This document shows positions 49,501 to 59,101 of a stretch of 64,000 nucleotides of DNA, piece after piece (within the stretch, counting starts at the first letter, position 1; every line of letters begins with the position of its first letter). The DNA comes from Basidiobolus meristosporus CBS 931.73 (lineage: Eukaryota; Fungi; Basidiobolomycota). Location of the stretch: assembly GCA_002104905.1 (NCBI GenBank), contig MCFE01000168.1:81672-145671 (forward strand). The letters run 5' to 3'. The notes below the pieces were generated by a model. It was not told where the DNA came from. It saw only the letters and a list, made by a program, of their open reading frames with translations, and did no database searches. The translations under genes and the position numbers were made by a program.

Positions 49501-51367
49501 GCCTCCTGTTTCACGGAATTTGAGAGAAATTCTCGCGCCGCTGTTGTAAACTTCAACTCGTCGGATGCCGGTACACTATACCAGGTCTTGACTTCTCCAA
49601 TATGCATATAATCTACCAAATACGTACAATGAGGCTCTTGCCTCCAAGCAGAAGAGGAGAAACACATGCCAGCATTAAGACGAGGTGACACCAGCTCGGG
49701 AATGTTCGACTTGATATGTGAGAACAAGCAATCGGGAAGCAATGCTATCACATTGGGGTTCCAACTGAAAAACACGTCTTCTTCAGATGGATTTTTCTCA
49801 ACAGTAGGGAACCCACTAGAAGTTGGCAACATGCAAGGTAGAATAAGGTTAGTTAGCCAGGTTAATAAAGAATCATGAAATATTACGCGTCTTGATTATT
49901 TACCCTCCATACTGAGCAGTGGGCAGATTAGAGATATTCTCGATTTTCAAATCTTGATACCCATTTTCCATTACTTCCCAGAACTCCTCTTCTATTTCAT
50001 CTCTCGTGATTCGGTTCAAGCTCTTACGTCTCCCGTTCCTTTTATCCTCAAACCATTTTGCTTTGAACTTGTCCGCATCCTTCTGGAAAGTATACAGTGA
50101 TGCCACATCCCCTGACAAGCGAAAGCCCTCCACCTCGCCTAAACACTGTGGGCAAAACCAATCTGTTTTGGGGATCTTCTTCAAAGGTGGTCGAAGACAG
50201 TATATATGAAATCCTCGATTACACCCGTCGCAGAGCAACATGGACCCTTCATCATCGCCACTATTACACATCTCGCAAACCTAGGTTATTCATGTAAATG
50301 TACGACTCCAATGTAAGTGATGGCAATGACCTATACGTACAACATAATCTGGATCAGGTACGGTCTGGTCAAATGTGATATTTTGTGCCGCTGTATCTGT
50401 TAATAAAAGAGCGGTTACAAAGGGGTAAGAAGAAAATACACCTCATGAAAGGAAAATCACCTCGCTCTCGCCGATTTTTCCTCGATCTCTTGGAATTGGA
50501 TGTTGAATAATTACTGCTGTGGTCGCTGTTTATGCTATCAGTCTCGGGGTCATCGTGGATATGGTTCATTCGTGCATCGCCTGAGTCATCCAAGGGTCGC
50601 TTCAATGGTGAGCTGGATTCAGAGTTGCTTATGTGCAGCTCAAATGGCATCACAAATTTCGAATACATGGTTTTTAATGAATTGGACAACGAGGTGCAGG
50701 TCTTTCCTGAATAGTTCATTGCCCTTCCGACCTCCGCCCATTTCTTTTCAGTCGTCACCTATGATTGAAATAATGTTAGTCTGGCAGGCTAATATTGAAG
50801 CTAAAAGGCTGTACAACTTTTGAAAAGCCTCCTCTTTGTGCCACTTCGGTCCTCAGCTTATATAAGTCAACTGGTTTGTGGTCTAAGTGAGGCGGTTTAT
50901 ATATGGGTTGGCCGCTATCCGAATGATATTGGAACAGCTGAGCTATGTATTCCTCATTCTTCATAACCGGTACGGTGTCGGATTGAGAAGTTTTGACAGG
51001 ACGCCTTGCTGAAGACTGTTCGGGAGGCTGCAGAAATATCGTCTTGAGGAGGAACCAGATTTAGATTGGATTCACTCAGTCACGAAAAAACCAGGATTAC
51101 CTTAAGATTTAAATAAGTCTCTGGCGACAAAAGTTTAGGGGGCACAATTTTACAGATTCCAAAGTTTTCAGCGGAGGGCTGAATCTTTTTGATATAGTCG
51201 TAAGGGTTCGAGAATTCTTCTGTGGTCGGATAGAATGTAGGCGCTTCATTCAACTTAAACATCCGTGAGATATGAGTGGCTTTATCCTTGTCTTGGCCCA
51301 TAGAAGTGTCTATTCCGGGAGTTTTCTCAGCCCTCAAGTCTATATTACTAGACTTGGCTCGTTTCAT
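46565..51367 (-). CDS. KDM5-like: KDM5/JARID1-like protein (JmjN-ARID-PHD-JmjC-C5HC2-PLU1), multi-exon; the JmjC domain appears catalytically degenerate
   Basis: JmjN: [14 protein letters not shown]...[13 protein letters not shown]: [26 protein letters not shown]: [22 protein letters not shown]...WFCPQC. JmjC: [15 protein letters not shown]...KTWY...PGSYHASF. C5HC2: CSYCH...CECG...CPDH. The last exons splice through to the ORF at 46565-46891. Confidence 0.93.
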
Positions 51368-52494
51368 TTTTGTTGCTTATATCAAATATCAAATCCCTGG
51401 AAAAGAGTAAAGTAGCAGCGAAAACATGGCTGCTAGTGTTAAATGATAATATTTTCATCACGTGATGGCATCGATGGTCTTGAACTGCCGTTATCATTAT
51501 AAATAGGCCAATTTTAACACACAGAAAAAGCAGATATGTTGCATGTAACGAACATTATTGCATTCAAACCTTCCAACAGGAATTCAAAAAGCCCCCATTG
51601 AAGCTGAGGCTCTGTTGTTGCTGAGGAGCACTCTGCTTGAAGTACACTTGTCATTCAGCTAAATCCGAATTTTATTGGTCTACTGAGAATCGAAACAGCG
51701 GTCTCTTGGCCTCCTTTTAAAAAATTTCATACGTGGTGCATATTTCCGTCAATAAATCAAGTTGCGTGGTCATGTGCGGCAAAATTGAATCCCTTGGATG
51801 TATGAGAAGATTATGGATTGCTACATACCCAATGGCCAAATTTAATCTAAATCTATTTCGCAAGATCCAATTTATATTGCAATATATTAGCTTTTTGTTG
51901 CACACATATTTCTCATAGACCGTTGCGGGGCTTGAGTTTGCTAGTATCTCCGGTTATATTTGAAGCCTGGCCCACTTGGTAGTAGGCGATGGTTGGATGA
52001 TTATAAATATAGGAAAATCAAATTGAGAACCAGGCTCATGAAAATACAACGTAGAGGATCTATGCCTTGCATCCAAAAAGATAATTAACACTGGGATCCG
52101 TGTAACAAAAACCGGCACCAAGGGGCTGAGATGATTTTTTGCATCAACAACAAATGTTCTGAGAGGGTTACCACTAAATCTAGTAACTGGATCATACAAA
52201 GGTTACTTCTTGGTACAGCAATGCTAAACAAGAAGTCTAATGGGTTATTGTAGTGGTAGCAAACATCTTCAACAATTTGTGTGGCATATGATTGTGCATT
52301 GTGTTAGCATGTCAGTTTAAAACATATTTTCTCCAAGATACAATTTCAAAGCAATCTATCCATGGTTGTGGCAAAACAAACATATTGAATAATCTCAGTA
52401 AAGTTCTAACAGCATATGCATAAGATTTGGTATGCTTTAGGTAACTTAAGACTTCTTGTCCTATATTCCTGATATTTTAGTCAAATAATCAAAG

Positions 52495-52826
52495 TTTTGT
52501 AAAAATTTGTAATTCCACCTAAACATTCACCCAACTTAGTCACTTAAATTATTACCTTCAAGTCCTAGAGAACACCAACCAAGTTCCTTGGCAGGGATTT
52601 ACCTGGAATATTTACCCAGAACACAAAAATTAGATAAGTTGTCCAAAAAGCCCCAAACTTTGCACACATGTTCTTGGGACCTTCCTAAGCCTATTCTACA
52701 TGTTTGTTATGCCAAGATCATGTAAAAGTATAAATACTACTTTACATTCAATAAATCATTGAGTGAAAACCACATAATCTACTTGCTCTCCCAATCACTT
52801 ACAACATCTCCAAGACTCTTACAACA
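52495..52826 (+). mobile_element. Ty1/copia 5' LTR (copy A)
   Basis: Starts TTTTGTAAA (a decayed TGTTGTAAA) and ends TTACAACA; it is followed by a PBS and the gag start. Confidence 0.88.
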
Positions 52827-52838
52827 GGCTATGAGCCC
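52827..52838 (+). promoter_or_regulatory. Copia primer-binding site GGCTATGAGCCC (half-tRNAiMet type)
   Basis: Directly follows the LTR end and closely resembles the GGTTATG(A/G)GCCC PBS of copia/Ty5. A decayed copy, GACTATGAGCCC, sits at 55638. Confidence 0.75.
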
Positions 52839-52849
52839 CAAGCTGTCAC

Positions 52850-54800
52850 TCTGTGCAATGTCCACTACTGCTATTACTGGAATCTTTCCTTCTGCTGAAA
52901 AGTTGGATGGATCTAACTGTTGCAATATTCTCAGGGGTATTGGAAGTGATGTGGAGAACTAGAGGATTTACATGTTACTCACTTGTAGATTTATTGATTA
53001 AAAGTATGGTATCTATACTTTTGATAAAGTAGAGCAAAACAACATGTAGAGTTTGTTAAGGAAGGTCCCAAGTATATGTGTGCAAAGTTTAGGGGCTTTT
53101 GGGCAACTTTGAGAAAGATCATAATATGGGTACCAGATAATTTGATGAAAATATTCTAAGTAAATACCAACAAGAAATTTTGTCAGAGCAGAATACTAAT
53201 CCAAGAATAAGATCAATGTGACTAAGTTAGCAGGAATACTTAGGTGACAACTTAATAATTACAACACTAACTACCAAGTGTGGAAGGTGAAGATGAAGAT
53301 GCTGCCACAAGAAAGAGGCCTTTAAGATATTGTCATGGGAGAAGAATACCCTCTTAAAGATATGGGAGAGGAAGCCTAAAAGTTCCAGACAAAAGAACAA
53401 AGTGCCTTCAACTGCATTTGCCTTAATGTTAAAGACAAATTACTAATTCAATGCCCAAGAGCAAAAACAGCAAAGAATGCCAGGAAGGCATTAATACTGC
53501 AACAACAGAAGTTAGACTATTCATATCTGCACTAAATATGACCACAAACAAGGAATCTCATATGTAGTCTACTGACTCTGGAGCATCTCAGCACTTCACA
53601 CATCAAAAAGAGCTTTTACCCAATATCAAGAAATTCCAATTAAGAAGGTTTTCATGGGTGACAATGAAACATTTGATGCAGTGGGAGAAGGGGCCATCCA
53701 AGTAGGCCTTAGAAGCAGTGAAGGAAGCCATACTCTTACCTTCAAGGAAGTACTCTATGTACCAGATATAGCCAAGAACTTACTATCTATAAGCAAGACC
53801 ACTGCAGAAGGACTTGGTTTCAGCTTTGACAATTCTGGATGCAGGATCACTGATCAAAGTGGTGCCCATATTGCTTTGAGTATCAAAGATCAGAATATCT
53901 ACAATTTGACTTATATTTCATCATATCTGGAAGCCAATATAAGTAACTTAAATGAAGAAATACCAATGCTTTGGCATGGGAGATTTGGACACATCAATTT
54001 AGATTATTTGGATAAAATGATCAAAGATCAGCTAATTTCCAGAGTAAAAGCTGATCCCTCAGCTAACTTGGAGCACTGTGAGACCTACATATATGGGAAA
54101 CAAGTCAAACAACTGTTCAAGAGCTCTGGGTTAAGCTAAACTAAGAAAAAAATAGATATCACCCACTCAGATCTATGTGGACATATGCAATATTTATCCT
54201 TAGGTGGGATGAAGTATTAAATTACTTTTATCAGTTATAAGACAAGATACACACAGGTCTACTCTATGGAGAGAAAGGAAGAAGCTTTGTCTAAGCTCAG
54301 GGAGTGTAATGCCATGGTGGAGTGAGAAACTGGTGAAAAAATCAAGAAAATACTTTCTATCAATGGTGGAGTATATATCTCAAAACTCTTCATCCACTTC
54401 TGCAAAGTTCATGGGATAAAGCAAGAGACTACTGTACCCTACTCCCCACAGCAAAATGGAGTAGTAGAATGTGCAAACAGATCAATACTTCAGATGGCCA
54501 GATATATGATCCATGATCAAAAATTATCCTGTGGTTTTTGTAGGAATCAGTTGCCACAGCTGTATGCTTTAAAAATAAGAGTTTTAACAGAATACTTTGT
54601 AATTCCACTGCATTTGAAGCATAGTATGAATACAGACCAAGTGCAGAACATCTAAGAATATTTAGGTGTACAGCATATGCCAAGAAACTGCCCAGAAATG
54701 AGTCAAAATTTGAGCCAAAAAGTGTAAAATGCATATTTTTGGGCTACTGCAATGTCAAGCAAAGAAGCTGATCAAGTACAGGGATGTGTTGTTGGATGAA
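52850..54800 (+). pseudogene. Decayed copia gag-pol (gag N-terminus, protease-downstream region, GAG-pre-integrase, integrase remnants); no RT seen
   Basis: KLDGSN|YQVWKVKMKM; VLYVPDIAKNLLSISK; LWHGRFGHI; integrase-like remnants (..PQQNGVVE.. at about 54445-54470) with stops and frameshifts. Confidence 0.85.
52918..53266 (-). mobile_element. Inverted copia solo LTR (349 bp) inserted in gag; TSD CTAAC (52913-52917 / 53267-53271)
   Basis: TGTTG...CAACA termini, reverse-complement similarity to the flanking LTRs, and the gag frame resumes after the TSD. Confidence 0.9.
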
Positions 54801-54934
54801 AAATCAAAATTTTCAAAAAAAAAAGACATCAGAAGATGACAAAAATATGATCTCAAGTCCACCAATTGTCAGGATCAAATCAGAGCAAGATAATGAAAAT
54901 TTTTTTACTCCAGAGGACTCTATAACCATAGTTC

Positions 54935-55637
54935 TACTGTAAAATTTGTAATTCCACCTAGATATTCACCTAGCTTAGTTGCTTAGATCAATACTTTTGA
55001 ATCCTAGGGAATACAGACCAAACTCCTTGTCAGGACTTACTTGGAATTTTTTTCACCAAAATACCAGGTTCCCAGTGTTGCAAGAGTCTTGGAGATATTG
55101 GAAGTGATTGGGAGAACAAGTAGATTATGTGGTTTTCACTTAATGATTTATTGAATGTTAAAGTAGTATTTATACTTTTACCTGGTCTTGGCATTACAAA
55201 CACAGAGAATAGGTTAAGAAAGGTCCCAAGAACATGTGTGCAAAGCCTGGGGCTGTTTGGACAACTTTGAGAATTTTCATGTTTTGGGTACCTGGTATTT
55301 TGGTGAAAATATTCTAAGTAAATCCTGACAAGGAATTTGTTCAGTATTCTCTAGGATTTGAATGTAATGCTCTAAGTGACTAAGTTAGGTGAATATTTAG
55401 GTGGAAATACAAATTTTTACAACACCCAGAACATGAAAATTCTCAAAGTTGTCCAAACAGCCCCAGGTTTTGCACACATGTTCTTGGGATCTTTCTTAAT
55501 CTATTCTACATGTTTATTATGCCAAGACCATGTAAAAGTATAAATACTACTTTTACATTCAATACATCATTAAGTGAAAACCACATAATCTACTTGTCCT
55601 CCCAATCACTTCCAATATCCCAAAGACTCTTACAACA
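54935..55637 (+). mobile_element. Copia LTR (copy B, 349 bp net) interrupted by an inverted LTR; followed by a PBS and a gag stub (55670-55851)
   Basis: Homologous to copy A and ends TTACAACA; then GACTATGAGCCC and MSTTAITGISPSAKKLDGYNYPVWKVNMKMLLQESGLWDIVMG. Confidence 0.9.
55076..55424 (-). mobile_element. Inverted copia solo LTR (349 bp) nested inside LTR copy B; TSD CCCAG (55071-55075 / 55425-55429)
   Basis: TGTTG...CAACA termini with a perfect 5-bp duplication; removing it restores the host LTR. Confidence 0.92.
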
Positions 55638-56618
55638 GACTATGAGCCCCAAGCTGTCACTCTCTGCAATGTCAACTACTGCTATTACTGGAATTTCCCC
55701 CTCTGCCAAAAAGCTAGATGGATATAACTACCCAGTGTGGAAGGTGAATATGAAGATGCTGCTACAAGAAAGTGGCCTTTGGGATATTGTCATGGGAGAA
55801 GAATGCCCTCCTAAAAACATGGGTGAGGAAGCCTTAAAGTACCAGAAGTAAAACAAAGTGCTGTTAACTGCATTTGCCTTACCCTATGAAAAAAAATTTG
55901 GTCCCCCAGATGGATCCAATCCAGATCAGCCATTAGGATCCCGTTTAGAGACCAGCATAATACCAGCAGCTTGGAATTAGCAACCCTCTTACAATCTTAT
56001 GATGGGAGCACAACAGTGTTTTGCTAATTCAACTACCAAATAAAGGAATAAAACTTGGCAAGATTTGATTGGTGCTGTGACAGTAATTGCATAATATTTT
56101 TGCAGTCTTATTACGCTCTAGAACTATTTTGAGTGGATCCAACCAGCCAGTACAGCCAATTGCCTTATATGGCAAGAAACTTGACAGTATTTTGACAGCC
56201 TCACAGCAAGACTCTGATGGCATTATATTGGCAGTATGATGGCCTACAGCTGGTTCTGTATAATGCTACTGTACCAATTTACCAAATGGTGTTTCCTTTT
56301 TCTACCTCCCCTTGTGCAATTCATATATTCCACTGTAGAATCACCCCTTATTATTTGCTTACCCACTACTACCTTGGGTATTCCACATATAGTTTGAGTC
56401 AAAAAAAAACTATGGCCTCCTGCTTACTAACCTCTACAAATGCGCACACCTGCCACAATTGATATACTTCTATAACTTCAACTTTTTGGCTTTTTAGTGT
56501 GATACTTGCAAAGTTGCCATATACATTGTATTGCTGGTAACATATACATCTTGCAAACATATGCTTGGTTGTTGCCACTTTTGCCATGAATACCTCCTGA
56601 ATATCCACAAAGAGCTTC

Positions 56619-57861
56619 TGTGGTAATGGAAAGTATTCCATTACTACAATATCTCTAAACCAATATTGCACTCATTTCTTTATTTTGCTTTTTGCTATTG
56701 TAACACACAAGAGAAAGATCAAGAATTTCCAACTTTGAAGAGCAAATGCTCCAGACCCTGACAAGCAATCCACCCAAGAATATTATGTCATACAGAACAC
56801 GTAGTAGCCAACACATGTTTCATATTACAGCTCATTTGAAGCAGTACTTAAGGAGTTATGACCAAAAGAGTCCAACTATTATATATACTATGCCTTATTG
56901 CTAGGATTACTATGGTGACTTTGATTGCGTGTAACTTTTGAACCAGCCAATCAAATCACGTGTAATTTTCACAGGTGCTGCGCCTATGTCCGATCTGCAC
57001 CACTGCAAAATTTTAGCTTTGTATCACGTGTATTGCTTGCGCAATCGCCCAAAAACTTTGATCCTTCAAAATTTTCATATATATGACTTCCCCAGCTGAA
57101 AAATAAAGAGAGAGCCTCTCTTTCCAGAATCTCCACACTACGATTACAAGTTTAAAGGTTATAAGACTTCCCCTGCATCACTTGCACTGTTGAGTATTCT
57201 GACTTTGATCAGTACTACATCAGTAAAGAGACTGCAAAGCTCACAAGAATCCAATCTAAGTTCTACAAGAAACTACCACTTTTCTGTCAGAAAAGTCCCC
57301 TCTAAGAAGCCCCTTTACTCTAAAGACACCCCTTTAGACACCCCTTTAGTCTAAAGACCCCTTTAGAGACCCCTTTAAGAAACCCCTTTACTCTAAAGAC
57401 ACCCCTTTAGACACCCCTTTAGTCTAATGACCCCTTTAGAGACCACTACAAGAAGCCCCTTTACTCTAAAGACACCCCTTTAGACACCCCTTTAGGTCTA
57501 AAGACCCCTTTAGAGACTTCTACAACACACCCCTTTAGGTTAAAGGGGAGTTCAAAATTTCCATATTAGGAAATATTTTCTCAGAAAGGAAAGTGACTTC
57601 CAAATAAGGAAAGGTTACTATAAAAGTAAATAAGCCCATTAGTCGACAGAAGGTCAGAACACTGCTGTAGAAGTGATAAACACTGCCTACAGTATATTTT
57701 GAGCCCAAGATTGAGGAAATTAGTGAAAGTTATATCTTCTATCGGTATATCAAACTCCCAATAAACTATTTCAGTATTAGCATACTGGAAGTTGTTGTAT
57801 ATTGTTGATTAGCCTCTACATTGTAGAACAAGCCCCAAACTAATCATAATACAACACAACA
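56619..57861 (+). repeat. Gypsy 5' LTR (1243 bp) containing a CCCCTTTA-rich tandem array
   Basis: TGTGGTAATGG...ACAACACAACA; nearly identical to 62875-63968. Confidence 0.95.
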
Positions 57862-57867
57862 AGAATT

Positions 57868-57885
57868 TGGTGGAGGACCTGGGTA
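57868..57885 (+). promoter_or_regulatory. Gypsy primer-binding site TGGTGGAGGACCTGGGTA (consistent with tRNA-Ala)
   Basis: Starts with TGG 6 nt after the LTR. Its complement ends ...UCCACCA, placing U at position 70 and A at 73, which are tRNA-Ala identity features. Confidence 0.6.
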
Positions 57886-57928
57886 GTTTGAACCTTTCAC
57901 TATACAAGCATCAAGAAACGTTACAAGA

Positions 57929-59101
57929 ATGACCAATACACCACTCCCAGAGTTAATAGCCACTTTTAAAGGTGCCATTCCAGTAAAATTCTCAGGAGAG
58001 AATGTTACTGAGTTTCTAGAAGAGTTTAACAATATAGCTGCAGCATTTGAGCTATCACACAAGAACAAAATCCAGTTGTTTCCCTTTCTCTGTGAAGTTG
58101 AAGTATCAAGATTCTTACAAAGTTTGGACCCATTTAAGATATCTGTTGGCGCTAACTATAACTGGGACACTGCTCAACAAGCTATTTTAGCTGAATACCA
58201 AAAAGAAGCACAGTTTGTTACACTGAATGAGCTAGAAATGCCTTACGACAAGACCCAACCCTTGCAGAAGTACATTCAAAAGTTTGAGTCAAAAGCAAGG
58301 CATGTTGAAGCAGCTATTGGAATTCCAAGATTTTATCAAAGAAACTATTTTCTGATGAATATGCCTCCTGAAATACGTAATGCCATTAGCCACCAAGTTC
58401 AGGCTACAAGCTCCTACGACAATGTTAAACAAATGGTGTTAAACTATCTATCAGGGAGACAAGTCATGGATTCCATTAATATTCAAATGAAGATTTCCAC
58501 TCCAGCTAAACAAATTCTTCATCGTACAAATAACCCACAAAGTGATCAGGTTAATGAATTAATTGATGCATTAGGAAAACTGACGCTTAAGTTGGACTCT
58601 CAAAGTGTACCATCATCAAGCATCAACAAGGCAAGACCAGAAAATCCCAAAACAACCAGTAATTATCCACAGCAAACCAAATATTGTGTGTACTGTGAAT
58701 CTGCTGTGCATAGCCGTTATGGTTGTCAAATATTGAATATTGATATTGACAGTCATAAGGTTATGATTGATTGTTATGGGAAGATCTGTGATATTGCTGG
58801 AAACCCCTTGCCTATCAACAGAGGTTATGGTGGAATGAGGTCCTATGTACTTGCTCAAGAAGAATCAAGTAAAAGCACCAAGACATCAAATTTCATACAA
58901 ATCCAAAAGACTGCAGAAATTCCAAGCAATGAACGTTACATACTCACAATATCAGATCCATCAGGGCAGGTCCAAGAATATCTAATGGAAAAAGAGGAAG
59001 TTGAAGAGTTTAATTGCCTTATTGATAAGAGAAAGTATGTTTCTACAGAGAACAATCCTAAAAAAGTGTGTACCGAACAAAAGAAATCAGCCAATTGTTG
59101 A
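57929..59101 (+). CDS. gag: Gypsy Gag with a CCHC Zn knuckle, 390 aa
   Basis: KFSGENVTEFLEEF; CVYCESAVHSRYGC (Cx2Cx4Hx4C). Confidence 0.9.
   Translation: MTNTPLPELIATFKGAIPVKFSGENVTEFLEEFNNIAAAFELSHKNKIQLFPFLCEVEVSRFLQSLDPFKISVGANYNWDTAQQAILAEYQKEAQFVTLNELEMPYDKTQPLQKYIQKFESKARHVEAAIGIPRFYQRNYFLMNMPPEIRNAISHQVQATSSYDNVKQMVLNYLSGRQVMDSINIQMKISTPAKQILHRTNNPQSDQVNELIDALGKLTLKLDSQSVPSSSINKARPENPKTTSNYPQQTKYCVYCESAVHSRYGCQILNIDIDSHKVMIDCYGKICDIAGNPLPINRGYGGMRSYVLAQEESSKSTKTSNFIQIQKTAEIPSNERYILTISDPSGQVQEYLMEKEEVEEFNCLIDKRKYVSTENNPKKVCTEQKKSANC

Noticed and set aside
55880-56618. Sequence between the copia gag stub and the gypsy LTR as a host gene
   Set aside because: Only short broken ORFs in CpG-depleted DNA. 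It is probably another transposon remnant, but I could not assign a family.
57301-57548. CCCCTTTA array as an interstitial telomere
   Set aside because: It does not match TTAGGG or TTTAGGG, it is interrupted by regular non-telomeric spacers, and it lies inside both LTRs.
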